The notes under the pieces were generated by a model that worked only from the letters and a program-made list of their open reading frames with translations, searched no databases and had not been told where the DNA came from. Shown piece after piece: positions 1-10,411 of a DNA stretch of 64,000 nucleotides. Position numbers and translations under genes: made by a program. Positions within the stretch are counted from its first letter, which is position 1. Each line of letters begins with the position of its first letter. Source of the DNA: Candidatus Bathyarchaeota archaeon (lineage in GTDB: Archaea > Thermoproteota > Bathyarchaeia > 40CM-2-53-6 > RBG-13-38-9); NCBI GenBank assembly GCA_963807605.1, contig CAWECG010000003.1, positions 416,001 to 480,000 on the forward strand, given 5' to 3'.

Positions 1-11
1 ACTTCAATCCG

Positions 12-1682
12 TTGATACCGCCGAGAGGAACCAGCCCACACGTCTGGCTTTCAAAACTGATCGAAGTTATCTCACACGCTTACTACTTGGGTGAGGGCGT
101 GGAGTACCTACTGTGCAAGGCAATCGATTCAGTTTACAGGCAATTCGGTGTATATGATAGAAGCAACAACTGGCCAAGCTTCAGGAACGTGCTCTCATAC
201 CTAGAGAGCTACGACTGCAAGGGAAGAGAGTCACAATGGCTTGCTTCTGCATTGCGTGCGGTCGCAGCCCTTTGTTTCGGAGAGATGGACAGAATAGTCA
301 ACCATGGCAACTACCCAATAGATAGAGTTCTGACTAAAAATGTGGTCCTTGAGGTTGATGCTCTACCTGACTCGGCTAAGATATTCCTGACAGAGTCACT
401 GTTACTTTGGATTCATCATTTCAGAATGGCTGAAGGAAAGAGGGAGACCCTAAAGCACATTTGCATTCTTGAAGAAGCTCACCACATCCTCTCAAGAAAA
501 CTGCAGATAATATCTGGCACTGAAACCATAACAGACATCCTCCTCAGAGAAGTCAGAGAGTTCGGCCAGTCTGTGATAGTGATCGACCAGGACCCAAGCT
601 TACTCTCAATTCCTGCGCTAGGCAACACTTACACCACGGTCTGTTTTGGCCTGAAAGAGAGAAGTGACATAAATGTCATGGCCGCAGCGCTAAACCTCGA
701 TTACAGGGACAAAGATATCTTAACCAAGCTTGAGGTCGGTCATGCTATAGTTAAGCTTCAAGGAAGATGGCCCGAACCTTTCCTTATCGAAATCCCAAGA
801 GTCGACATCCACAAAGGATCTGTAACTGACGAACAGCTCAAAGACCAAATGGCATGGTTTTACAAGGAATTAGGACAAAATCGAACCGAAACACAGCCAC
901 TAGAAGAATCTAGAGAAATTATGCCTCGGAATAAAGAGCAAACAAGTAAAGATCAAACAAGAGAAAAAGGCCAACTGGCACACCAAGAAACAGAAGAGAA
1001 GGTAAGAACTCAAGAACCAAAAAGACAAACAGAAAATATTGCAGGGAAACAAGGCACAGCCAAAACAGAGATAGAATCAGGGGAGTTAAGTGAAGCAGAA
1101 AGAGAGCTACTGATTGACATTCTAAGAAATCCACTAAGCAAGGTAACAGATCGGTACGCAAGATTAGGACTGAACGAATATCAGGGAAACAAAGCCCAAA
1201 CAAGACTGGCTGAAAAAGATCTAATAAGAACCGAGATGCTGCCCGCATATCAAAAGAGGGGCTATTGGGGCAAGGCCTTTGAACTCACGGAGAAAGGGCA
1301 ACAGACTCTCGCTACACTCGGTCATATGCAACCACAGCAGACCAAAAGAAAAGGAGGACTCCAGCACAAACACATCACAAAACTGCTCGCAGAAAAACTC
1401 CGGACTCAAGGCCATCAAGTCCAAGAAGAATATCAGCTAGGCTCTGGCGAAGCAACTGATTTACTGGTGGACGGACAAACAGCAATCGAAATCGAGAGAA
1501 GCACCAGGAACTCGGCAGACAATGTCAAGAAGAACCTCGCACATGGCTTCACAGTTCTGGTAGTCGCTGAGACGGCTTCCCTAAAGTCAATTCTCAGAAA
1601 ACTTCTAGCTGAGCAAGGCCTCGGCTCAGTCGTGGTGATGGAAGTAAAGGAGCTACTGAGCAGTGGGCTCCCCGCAGTTTAA
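12..1682 (+). CDS. HerA/VirB4/TraD-like P-loop ATPase, 5'-truncated by window, with C-terminal wHTH and PD-(D/E)xK-like region
   Basis: Walker B ICILEEAHHIL, LREVREFGQSVIVIDQ motif; C-terminal TDLLVDGQTAIEIERS. Confidence 0.75.
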   Translation: MIPPRGTSPHVWLSKLIEVISHAYYLGEGVEYLLCKAIDSVYRQFGVYDRSNNWPSFRNVLSYLESYDCKGRESQWLASALRAVAALCFGEMDRIVNHGNYPIDRVLTKNVVLEVDALPDSAKIFLTESLLLWIHHFRMAEGKRETLKHICILEEAHHILSRKLQIISGTETITDILLREVREFGQSVIVIDQDPSLLSIPALGNTYTTVCFGLKERSDINVMAAALNLDYRDKDILTKLEVGHAIVKLQGRWPEPFLIEIPRVDIHKGSVTDEQLKDQMAWFYKELGQNRTETQPLEESREIMPRNKEQTSKDQTREKGQLAHQETEEKVRTQEPKRQTENIAGKQGTAKTEIESGELSEAERELLIDILRNPLSKVTDRYARLGLNEYQGNKAQTRLAEKDLIRTEMLPAYQKRGYWGKAFELTEKGQQTLATLGHMQPQQTKRKGGLQHKHITKLLAEKLRTQGHQVQEEYQLGSGEATDLLVDGQTAIEIERSTRNSADNVKKNLAHGFTVLVVAETASLKSILRKLLAEQGLGSVVVMEVKELLSSGLPAV

Positions 1683-1788
1683 TCCCCTTCCTAATCCTTC
1701 CTTTTCGTCTTCTTCCTCTGCCACTACCCAAGACCAAGCCAGTTTGAATCAAAAGACTTGAGAATCATGCTAATTCGGAGGAAAGAAA

Positions 1789-2145
1789 TTGAGAACACTC
1801 ATCGGCACTTGTGAGATATGTGGAGATGAGGTCTGGGAGGAGGACGGTCTGTTGTTGATGAATTCCTGCTACAGATGTGACAGATGTGGCAGATGGACCT
1901 GTTGGGGATGCGGCGGATACAGCACGGGAGATGGCTATGGAACAGAGGATGAGTCGAAGTACAGAAGCATATGCAAGGAGTGCTACTACGAGCTACAAGC
2001 AGAATATGCAGCCAAATGGGAAGCAGAGTACGGAGCTGAGGAAAGGGCTCGTGGAATGGAGAATCCTTACGATTTCAGCGAGGAAGAAAAAGAGTGGCGG
2101 GAACGTTTACGCTCGTATCAACCGCGCAGAGACAGCCATGGGTGA
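1789..2145 (+). CDS. Small Cys-rich (Zn-finger) protein
   Basis: CEIC, CDRC, CWGC, CKEC motifs; GGAGG upstream. Confidence 0.6.
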   Translation: MRTLIGTCEICGDEVWEEDGLLLMNSCYRCDRCGRWTCWGCGGYSTGDGYGTEDESKYRSICKECYYELQAEYAAKWEAEYGAEERARGMENPYDFSEEEKEWRERLRSYQPRRDSHG

Positions 2146-2259
2146 TCAGGAAAGATGTTGGGCCGATGAGAGTTGTCGGTCCTGCTCTTATGCCTCCGCA
2201 GCAGGTTTATTTATTGAAATATCGATAATATTATTGAAATTTCAATAAGTGAGTCTTTT

Positions 2260-2841
2260 ATGTTGCCTGAGAACGAGCTCAAAGTCCTCGCGGCTTTCTT
2301 TCCTGAAGATGGAGATAAGACCATACAGGAATTGCGAGAAGCGGCTGGCTACTCATACGAGAGGGTCTACTCCTCACTAAACTCACTTGTGAATAAGCGT
2401 ATTGTGTCAAGGAGAAAGGTGGGCCGCACATTAGTCTATACTATAGACACATCTAACGATCTGGCCCTTCTAGCTTTCACTTATCATACCATCAGCAGGA
2501 GAACATCACTTATGGGTAGGTATTCAACAGTTGGGAAGGCGTTAGCAGAGTTTCTGGCAAAGGCTAAGACGGATATAGTGGTTCTTTTCGGCAGTTACGC
2601 CAAGGATGAAGCTAAAGAGGGTAGCGACGTCGATATTCTCTGTGTTAACGGTAGAGCTGATGTGGAAAGGATTGCATTGTCCCTGAGACACAAATTCAAT
2701 CTAAGGATCACTCCGGTCTTGATGGCCAAGGATGATTTTCTGAACATGAAGAAGGAGAATCCGGAATTTTGGCGTGACCTCGTTCAATTTGGAGTGGTCT
2801 TGAAGGGGCATGAACAGTACTACAGCCTAGTCTACAGGTGA
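2260..2841 (+). CDS. wHTH + minimal nucleotidyltransferase (MNT antitoxin)
   Basis: N-terminal HTH; VVLFGSYAK...SDVDIL motif. Confidence 0.85.
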   Translation: MLPENELKVLAAFFPEDGDKTIQELREAAGYSYERVYSSLNSLVNKRIVSRRKVGRTLVYTIDTSNDLALLAFTYHTISRRTSLMGRYSTVGKALAEFLAKAKTDIVVLFGSYAKDEAKEGSDVDILCVNGRADVERIALSLRHKFNLRITPVLMAKDDFLNMKKENPEFWRDLVQFGVVLKGHEQYYSLVYR

Positions 2842-2859
2842 TTCTGAGGCGAAGTATGT

Positions 2860-3396
2860 TTGGAAAGGAACATCAACTGGTTCATACACCAAGGATTACT
2901 TTTGAAGACTCCTTTCATAAGGAGACTTGCTCCAAGGTTGCAAGACAAGGCGCGAAGTAACCTCATCACTATGAATATTCTCTTCGATCTCTACAGCAAT
3001 GAAGGGGCCAGAAGGGTACTGAACATTCCAGATGAGTATGATCCTGGAGAGTGGGTTGTGATCTCAGGGTACTATGCAATGTACATGATGAGCTTAGCTG
3101 CCCTTTCAAAGATAGGCTTCAGAAGCAAGAATCATGCGGCCACGGCTGTCGCTCTGGAAACCTTCTTTGTTAAGAAGAAGCTGCTTGAACCAGAGATTCT
3201 GAAAATGCTTGAGAATGCAAGGCTTGAGAGAGAACAGATAGAACAGTTGAAACTGGCAAAACAGAGGCGGGAGATAGCTCAATACAGCGTGACGAAGGAG
3301 ACCACTCGAAAGATTGCGGAGAACATACGGGGAGATGCTTTCAAATTTGTTGAGAGATTGGAGGCACTAATCGAGAGCTTGCCGTTGACTGCCTGA
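2860..3396 (+). CDS. HEPN-domain toxin of MNT-HEPN pair
   Basis: SGYYAMY..SKNH and RREIAQY motifs; directly downstream of MNT. Confidence 0.8.
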   Translation: MERNINWFIHQGLLLKTPFIRRLAPRLQDKARSNLITMNILFDLYSNEGARRVLNIPDEYDPGEWVVISGYYAMYMMSLAALSKIGFRSKNHAATAVALETFFVKKKLLEPEILKMLENARLEREQIEQLKLAKQRREIAQYSVTKETTRKIAENIRGDAFKFVERLEALIESLPLTA

Positions 3397-3404
3397 CCAA
3401 CCGA

Positions 3405-3608
3405 TTAGCTCGATTGCTGATCTATAGCACTCTTTTCATCTAAAAGCGCGCGCGCAAATTCATAGTAAGTTATTCCCAAGGTTGAGGCCGCCTGCCTGTA
3501 AGTCATCCTGCCCCGCTTAACCTTCTCTGTAACTTCACAGAACCGCTTCATTCCCTTTTCTCCAAATATGGCCTTGTATAGATCAGTGAACTGTTTCACC
3601 TCGAACAT
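3405..3608 (-). CDS. Small UPF0175-like HTH protein
   Basis: GRMTYRQAASTLGITYYEF resembles UPF0175 HTH. Confidence 0.45.
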   Translation of the reverse strand: MFEVKQFTDLYKAIFGEKGMKRFCEVTEKVKRGRMTYRQAASTLGITYYEFARALLDEKSAIDQQSS

Positions 3609-3673
3609 CTCTATCAGCTGTTGGTTACCAAAGGAACTCTCTGTTCTTTAGGATTGCTAACGGAGGGTTAGAT

Positions 3674-3859
3674 TTGTTCAGCCTCGAAACAAAGCGTAGG
3701 ATATCGATAAGAAGACTCAAGGACTTCGCGCTGGAGAAGCTTCCGAGCAACTCAGCATTAAGGGATGTTCTGTTGGCAGAGGATGATGAGCTCGAAGCTG
3801 TCGATCTATCAGTCAAGATTGACGTGTGGCTGAAGCTGCTCAAGAGGGAATTCTTGTAA
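3674..3859 (+). CDS. Small hypothetical protein
   Basis: 61-aa ORF with GGAGG upstream. Confidence 0.5.
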   Translation: MFSLETKRRISIRRLKDFALEKLPSNSALRDVLLAEDDELEAVDLSVKIDVWLKLLKREFL

Positions 3860-4077
3860 ACGACCCTGCCTAGCCTTTGCTTTCATGAATTAGAAAGCAG
3901 CCTAGCGCCCCGACAAAGAAGGCAATGATGAATTCCACGATTCTAGCATCCACGCCGGTGCCGATTATTGTCAGCGTCTCCGTCGCAGCATCGTAGTCTG
4001 TTACGATGGCAAGTAGAGTGAGGCGTTGAGTTCGAATAGTTTTGCAAACAGAGAATTCTACGCTATGAGGAAGAAAT

Positions 4078-5352
4078 TCATGGGCCTTTCATTATTACCC
4101 TTCCGTCAGGTAGTGTCATCATAGGTTCCCATCCTTCGTCTATGAACTTCTCGATTTCATCAACTCTTACAACTTTACGGGAGGAGTCTTTCTTTGAAGT
4201 GTCCTCGTTGCGGTTCTGACCCTGAGAGAGAACTTGCTGTCCTTTCTCGGTTACTAGCTGAGATACGAGATCTTCGAGCTGCCTTAGCCGCTCCTCCAAC
4301 TGTTGACGGGAAAGCTGAGACTCACGTCGGACCTCCTCAGCCTCAGAGATTGTTAGCAGAGGCACAGCCTTAAGATAGTCTTCCAGAAGGTCCTTCTCTA
4401 TCGGCCTATAGTAACTGTCGGATATGCCTGTTGAGTGACCCATCAAAGTCTCAACATTGATAGGCTTCATGACCTGCTCTGCCCTAGTTTTGAAGAACTT
4501 TCTTATTGAGTGAATGGAGAACTCATGTCTTCTCTTCTTCTCCTTTCGCAGTCCGAATTTCCAGAGCATATCCTCGAAGAGTCGCCTTACACCCCTGACC
4601 TGCAGCCTTCTTGGTTTGTTGATGTCGCCCTCGTGAAGGTTCTTTACTGTTTGCCATCTATCCCTAATCAACGGTGAATCTCCAGCTATTTTCTCTCCCT
4701 GAGAAGCACGCAACTGCACGTACTGCTCTAGCTTCCGATAGGCTTCAGGCGTTATGAATGTCTGGTACTCTTCTGATTCACCGGCATAGACACGAAGTTT
4801 TGCGGCAACAACCTTCCCATCCGTCTTTATGGGCTCCACATGCCCCCAGTTGAGATACTCCCACGCGCCGATCCTGATTCCACTGCTCGCCATGGTGAGA
4901 ATGATTGCTTGGAACCTCAGATCCGAGTTTGTTACAAGCAGTCTTAACTCATCAATGGTCGGTGCCCTGTCAAGCGCATATCTTCTTGCACTCGGCAAAA
5001 GTCGCGAAATCTTCTTCCAGTTTATCCCCGAGACATCATTCATCTCCAGGAGCAGCTTAACAGGCTTCTTCATATTGCCGACAGTGCTAGGCTCTATCTC
5101 CTTTCTGGATGCTCTCTCCTTTTCATTCAAGAGAAAACTAAGAATCTGATTCTGAGCCCAGCGGGAATTCTTCTTAGCCTTCCCAACAAAACTGTCAACA
5201 TCCATGCCAACATATTCTAGGAAAGTGGCAAGTCTCCGCTGGTAGATTTCGCGCGTAGTAGGGCTCTTGATAGCCTCAAGAAAAAGCTTCGAGGCTTTGC
5301 CCTCAAGTAAGGAAAGATCCTTGAGCTTCCTACCAGCTGGCAACTCAATCAA
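4078..5352 (-). CDS. Tyrosine recombinase/integrase
   Basis: SGIRIG (R), HSIRKFF (HxxR), LMGH, downstream Tyr (SYYR). Confidence 0.92.
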   Translation of the reverse strand: MIELPAGRKLKDLSLLEGKASKLFLEAIKSPTTREIYQRRLATFLEYVGMDVDSFVGKAKKNSRWAQNQILSFLLNEKERASRKEIEPSTVGNMKKPVKLLLEMNDVSGINWKKISRLLPSARRYALDRAPTIDELRLLVTNSDLRFQAIILTMASSGIRIGAWEYLNWGHVEPIKTDGKVVAAKLRVYAGESEEYQTFITPEAYRKLEQYVQLRASQGEKIAGDSPLIRDRWQTVKNLHEGDINKPRRLQVRGVRRLFEDMLWKFGLRKEKKRRHEFSIHSIRKFFKTRAEQVMKPINVETLMGHSTGISDSYYRPIEKDLLEDYLKAVPLLTISEAEEVRRESQLSRQQLEERLRQLEDLVSQLVTEKGQQVLSQGQNRNEDTSKKDSSRKVVRVDEIEKFIDEGWEPMMTLPDGRVIMKGP

Positions 5353-5409
5353 AAATATGATGCCTACGGCTCGATATAAATTTTGAGCCCACTTCTAGAC
5401 GCAATAATG

Positions 5410-5529
5410 TGGCGGGCCCGCCGGGAATTGAACCCGGGACCCCGACCCAGGACACACTTTGTGTCTCCTTCCGGGTGGCCTCCAAAGTCGTTAAAAGCCC
5501 GGTACTCTACCTGACTAAGCTACGGGCCC
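5410..5529 (-). tRNA. tRNA-Lys(UUU) with two introns (37/38, 15 nt; 43/44, 28 nt), CCA encoded
   Basis: Spliced product GGGCCCGTAGCTTAGTCAGGTAGAGTACCGGGCTTTTAACCCGGGGGTCCCGGGTTCAATTCCCGGCGGGCCCGCCA folds as a cloverleaf; both introns fit BHB geometry. Confidence 0.92.
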
Positions 5530-5530
5530 G
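5508..5530. repeat. att site (left) overlapping the tRNA-Lys 5' end
   Basis: ACTAAGCTACGGGCCCG at 5514-5530 is identical to 41704-41720; 22/23 match over the extended 23 bp. Confidence 0.9.
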
Positions 5531-5549
5531 TCCTTATTGTCCCTAACTA

Positions 5550-5568
5550 ATCCTTATATCTTTGTCTC
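5550..5568 (-). promoter_or_regulatory. Island-supplied BRE/TATA promoter for tRNA-Lys
   Basis: Minus strand AAAGATATAAGG ~25-35 nt upstream of tRNA G1. Confidence 0.5.
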
Positions 5569-5593
5569 TTCCATGTGTTTCTTTGGGTCAGGG

Positions 5594-6937
5594 ATGGTAA
5601 GGACAAGCTATAACCATGCTTTGGTTAAAAAAGCTTCACAACTTGTTGGTAGTAGTGAGGCGGTTAGGAAGTGGTATGATGAGATTTCATTCACAAAACA
5701 GCCTCGTACAAGCTGCGATTATGTCAATGAACTTGCATGTTTTTGTGAGGATGTTAAGAAGACGCCTGAACAGCTTCTCGAGTTAAATGCCAAACACGCT
5801 TATGAACTCATGAAAGGGTGGGCGGGTCAGAAGATTAGGTTAAAGGTATATTCTCTTAAGACTGTCCATGCTCGATGGTATGCTATTCGGAGTTTCTTCA
5901 AATTTCATGAGATCGAGATCAAAGACGATTTTCCAATCCCGCATATCCGAACTAAGTTTTCTGATAAGATACCTACACGAGAGGATCTTCGTCAGATTCT
6001 TAATGCTGCCTCCTTTTTTAACACAAAGATTGGTATCCAGCTTCTCGCTTATTCTGGAATTCGACCTGAAGACATTTGTGATTTGACCTATGCTTCAATA
6101 AAACATGATTTCGAGAAAGAGATCTATCCTTGCTCTGTGTACGTGGCGCAGGGCAAAACGGGTGATGTTTATGTTACCTTCATGCCTCGTCAGACTGTAG
6201 AGACAATCAAGCAATATTTTAAGTTGAGAACTAAAAAGGGTGAGAAGATCGAGGATAACACCCCACTTTTGCGATGCCAAAGAGGAAAAGAGGTTAGAGG
6301 CATTAGGCGGAGAACCTTAAGCCACAAGATTAGGGAGGTTCTATTAAAGAGTGGAGTGGAAATAAAGGTAGAAATCGGTGATAGAATCAGGCGGATGCGT
6401 CCTTATAGTCTCAGGAAGTACTTCAGAAGCAACCTCTCAAGTGAAATGCAGACCGAGTTCAGTGAAGCTCTGGTTGGACACATAACGGGTTTGGCTCAAA
6501 TTTACAATGGGATTAGAGACTTGGATCCTGCTGCAATTGAGAGAATGAGAACAGCCTACTCTAAAGCGGAGTCCTTCCTTCTCGCTGATGGTGTAAATAT
6601 AGAGGGTCTACAAGAGATGTCTAAGAAGCTCAAGAATAATGAGGAGGAGTTGGCGTCTATTCGTTCTGAACTAATAGAATATAAGAAAGAAGAACTACAA
6701 CGGACAAAGAGACACATGATTCAAGAACTTCAAAGATTTAAACAGATTTCCAAGACCGAGGAAGAATTCCTGTCCAACTTTGATGGTTACATAGAAGGTT
6801 ATATCGAGGGTATCAGAAATTTGGCTGCGCAGGAAAAACGACCGCTGAGCGAAAGGGAAATGGCGGAAATCGCGCTAATTCAGACTATCACTACAGAAAC
6901 AAAAAGGGCTGTGTTCCGTGCTACTCCCATGGTTTAA
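5594..6937 (+). CDS. Tyrosine recombinase/integrase of the island
   Basis: SGIRPED (R), GKTG (K), YSLRKYF, LVGH, QIYNG (Y); C-terminal coiled coil; ATG at 5594 preferred over TTG 5537. Confidence 0.9.
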   Translation: MVRTSYNHALVKKASQLVGSSEAVRKWYDEISFTKQPRTSCDYVNELACFCEDVKKTPEQLLELNAKHAYELMKGWAGQKIRLKVYSLKTVHARWYAIRSFFKFHEIEIKDDFPIPHIRTKFSDKIPTREDLRQILNAASFFNTKIGIQLLAYSGIRPEDICDLTYASIKHDFEKEIYPCSVYVAQGKTGDVYVTFMPRQTVETIKQYFKLRTKKGEKIEDNTPLLRCQRGKEVRGIRRRTLSHKIREVLLKSGVEIKVEIGDRIRRMRPYSLRKYFRSNLSSEMQTEFSEALVGHITGLAQIYNGIRDLDPAAIERMRTAYSKAESFLLADGVNIEGLQEMSKKLKNNEEELASIRSELIEYKKEELQRTKRHMIQELQRFKQISKTEEEFLSNFDGYIEGYIEGIRNLAAQEKRPLSEREMAEIALIQTITTETKRAVFRATPMV

Positions 6938-7041
6938 GCCTGTGAGGTGGGCTTTCTTACTAACACTTGGTAACTCAGCAGGAAATGAAAGAAGAATCAA
7001 CGGGGAAAAAAGTAAGGACTAAAAAAGCTTCCGTTCCGCGA

Positions 7042-7296
7042 TTAGGCTTGTGGCGGCGCCTCTACTGCTTTTACCCTCTTCTTTCTTGCAGGAGGTCTGC
7101 CCCTTTTCTTTCTCGGTCTGCCCCTTCGTTTTCCTAGTGGGCGACCCTGTCTCTTTACAGGTTTGTTGACTATTGACAGGACGATATCTCTAATAGTTCC
7201 CTTAATCTCAGCTGGGACAGCGTTTATACTGTTCCTTAAGCTTTCAGCGGAGGTTAGCACTTCAGATATTATGCTTGAACTCTTCCTTCTCGGCAT
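7042..7296 (-). CDS. Small basic protein with tandem GRP (AT-hook-like) motifs
   Basis: KRQGRPLGKRRGRPRKKRGRPPARKK. Confidence 0.6.
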   Translation of the reverse strand: MPRRKSSSIISEVLTSAESLRNSINAVPAEIKGTIRDIVLSIVNKPVKRQGRPLGKRRGRPRKKRGRPPARKKRVKAVEAPPQA

Positions 7297-7591
7297 AAAG
7301 ACACGTCACTACTATGTCTCACCCAACGTTAATTTAGCGTTATGCCTTTCTCCCTCTGTTTCCTCTTTATGGATAGCAGTAGAATCGTATGTTAGAGAAA
7401 TGACGATTAAAGAGCAGGCTAGACAAGCAATTCTTTGAGAGCCTGAAGGGCTGGATAAATTCAAAAGATACTAATGCGAGTAATATGAATCAAAATCTAA
7501 AACCGATGGTTAGTGGGGAACCTGAAGTAGTTGTCCCCGCCTTGTTGGATCGCACTCTGAGCTACAGAAACAATCAGTAAGTCCAGAAATG

Positions 7592-7723
7592 TCATGGTTA
7601 CTACTAGCCTGGCACTTACGGAACCATGCGGCACATGACTTGACCCCACAAAAGGTACTTGTTCAGCGATTCGGTGAAATTGTCCAGAGTCTAATGAACA
7701 CACTGTTTCTTTCTGTTCAATAG
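7592..7723 (+). pseudogene. C-terminal fragment of a HEPN-like protein
   Basis: Manual translation LAWHLRNHAAHDL (RxxxxH); no intact start. Confidence 0.45.
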
Positions 7724-7789
7724 GTTGCTACGCGAATATGAAATGTAAATCAAGATTTTCTAAGCATATGCAAAGGACATTAGACTAGC

Positions 7790-8113
7790 ATGTGTTCGAG
7801 AGGAACTAAAGTATTAACATTCGAAGAGTGCCTTCAACAAATAGTCGAGAGCGCTCTCTCAAAACGTTTGGCTCTCTGGCTTGGTGCAGGAATATCATGC
7901 AAGCCACCTGCAAACTTACCATTAAGCAGAGAATTGAAGTTCCACATTCTCGAGAGGATTTGTCAATCAGACATGTTATGCCATATGTACGAGGAACGTC
8001 TACGCGGCCACACGCACACTGATTTTGTTTTGGGAAAACTAGAGGAAATCATAAGAGCGAGACGCGCCTTACTTACCCAAGAAGGAAAGAAAGTTGAAAG
8101 GATTAACGAGTAA
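7790..8113 (+). pseudogene. Truncated SIR2-family N-terminus
   Basis: LALWLGAGISCKPPANLP = sirtuin GAGIS..P motif; only 107 aa. Confidence 0.6.
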
Positions 8114-8369
8114 AGAATACCTGTTCTTGAGGGTATTGGCTACTGTTATTTTCATTAATACCGTTGTTTTCTACGTTGCCTCACTCCACATGGAAACTTT
8201 CGTCGCTAATTTCTTTGAGGTTGTAGCGTTGACTACTGGCCTTACGGTCTTCGTTCTTACAATACAACTGCTGTTCTGGTGGAAATACCTACGAAGAACG
8301 GACAATCAGCGATTTTGGAGATGGGATGCAAGTACCCTCTTTTCTCGGAAACTAGAGAACTCGAACTAG
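8094..8369 (+). CDS. Small two-TM membrane protein
   Basis: Two hydrophobic segments. Confidence 0.45.
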   Translation: MKGLTSKEYLFLRVLATVIFINTVVFYVASLHMETFVANFFEVVALTTGLTVFVLTIQLLFWWKYLRRTDNQRFWRWDASTLFSRKLENSN

Positions 8370-8415
8370 ACTGAGTTACTTTTTGCGTTCTGACCTCCCA
8401 CAGAACGCTAGAACA

Positions 8416-8985
8416 CTACCACCCGATAATGCAACAGAGCACCTTTCCTGGGGGGCGTCCTCGCCGCTTTGCAGGTTTGCTGACTATCGCCTTAGCCATG
8501 TCTCTAATCCTATCTTTAATCTCAACTGGTACGTATCTTTCGAAAGACTCTTGTAAGACGATTCGCTCAGGCTCTGATAAGTCGGAGTTACTTGAGAATT
8601 GGGCGATTTCATACCATAGAAGAGTTGTGTTGACGCGTCCAGATTCGACTGCCTCCCTGATTGTTTTCCTGCCCTCCTCTACTCCAAAGTTCAGTGCTAT
8701 GGAAATAGCGAGCCAGACGTTCAAACCAGCATCATTGGGACAAAACCTCACACCTGCCCGAGCAGCCTCTAGCGCCTGTGGCTTCTGATTCGCAGATCTC
8801 AGAGTAAGGATCTTGTCGTTGTGATAGATGGGATTGTTTGGATTCAGTGTGATCGCAATGTCGTACTCCTTGGCAGCTTCATCAAATCTCTTCAGACCAT
8901 ACAGAGCGACGCCTTTGTTGTTGTGATAGATGGGATCGTCTGGATTTAGTCTGATTGCGATGTCGTACTCCTCAACCGCTCCTCA
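8416..8985 (-). pseudogene. TPR-protein fragment fused to a partial copy of the AT-hook protein
   Basis: Frame upstream of 8751 reads EYDIAIRLNPDDPIYHNNKGVAL..EYDIAITLNPNNPIYHN; C-terminus EIKDRIRDM..KPAKRRGRP resembles 7042-7296. Confidence 0.6.
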
Positions 8986-9596
8986 AATCTCTGCTAACAC
9001 AATTTAATTCTGTCTTGATCTTATCGTAGATTGGAAGGGGAATCACGACGTCACTTGACCCAGGCATAAATCTATTCTTCCATGTCTACTCTTAGCAAAT
9101 AGGTTCTTATTTTGTTATCTACAGGGTAACGTCAAGTTCTCGGTTTCACTTGGTTCGTCGTAGCATCCTGGAGTCCATACTTCTTCCTGGTTATCCCGAA
9201 GCTTTTCTCGAAATCTTGGCGTTTGATCTTCTCGCTGGGAGGACTTGTGAGTTCATACTTGACTTTGAAAAGTTCAGCGAGTGTGAAGAAGAAGCCCAAG
9301 TGAAAAATGTCCTGTTGCTCTTCCGCTTGTAGTCCCAATCGGTCGAAGAGCCGGACTAGGCTCGGCGTCGTTTCCTTAGTTGCGTTCAGAGTGAAGTACA
9401 GGTAGCAGTCACGAAAATCAGCGACGTGCGTTTGAAGTCTTTAGGCTTCTGGTGAGAGGGTGTTGAAGACTGACGTGTAATTCGACCTTTCGACGAAGCT
9501 CCATGATCAGATTCACGGCTTTGCTATGCCAATTCATAGCCGTTTTTTCACGGTCATCAAAATAGCGCATGATGCTGTACGCTCACTCGCAAGTCG

Positions 9597-9652
9597 GTGG
9601 TGGTGCTCACAAAGGGAGTGGGTGGTGGTGTCTTAGCTGGTGATTTTGAACC
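9597..9652. repeat. Pair of CTC-ACCAGCTA family sites (variant forward CTCACAAAGGG 9606-9616; reverse TAGCTGGTGA 9634-9643)
   Basis: GTGGTGGTGCTC arm identical to the one at 14835. Confidence 0.7.
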
Positions 9653-10411
9653 TTCTCTGAAATGTTACTACGGAAAGACCACATCGACCATACAAAAACG
9701 ATTAAGAAAACGCGACTTCAAAATCTATAGACAAGGAAAACAATGCCACGTAGTTGGAAAGCCATCCTCAAAGTGGACATTCATACACTCTATACTAGGA
9801 GCTGCCCTTTTTCTGAATCAAATTAAGTTCTCGTGATGCCAATAATTGTGCCAGTCGTTACAACATAGCAGAAGCAACACACTGTAGTGGTTGTAGGTTG
9901 TAACATAAGAGTCAGCAGAAAACCCACGCTGGTTAAACTTGACCCAATAGTTCGGCCATTTCGGCACTATTTATCTATTGAGTGACTTTGAAGATTAAAA
10001 AAGAATTACAGGCCCCAATTCGTTGGTATTTGTCGGTAGTTTACTTTCAGCGACCCATTTCTTTCCTCCAGTCTCAGAGATTTTCGGTGTCCTATTCCTC
10101 ATCCTTGCGATTCGTTTATTATTACTTTCTCAAGCTTCTTGAGTAGAGATCCTTGAAGCTCTTCGGGCGCATTGGGTTATGCTACCTTGAAAATGTCGAG
10201 GTCTTCAGTAATTTTCCTATACCGTAGGATCATTCATATTTAGCACTTCTTGTACAATGAAGGGGGATCGTCGGTTCATATCTTAGAGACATTTGCAAGG
10301 GATGATATACTCAATTGTCTGCGCGCTTGCTAAAAAAGGATAGATTCGGGCTATTTCTCAGAAGGGTGAACCAACATTGCTAGCGCCATTCACCATGGGT
10401 GATGTCAAAGC

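Larger units (their letters stand above)
1..5409. mobile_element. Distal end of an integrative element at the 3' end of tRNA-Lys (other end outside window)
   Basis: Tyrosine integrase starts ~60 bp from the tRNA CCA end and reads away from it; ATPase and TA cargo follow. Second att not visible. Confidence 0.7.
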
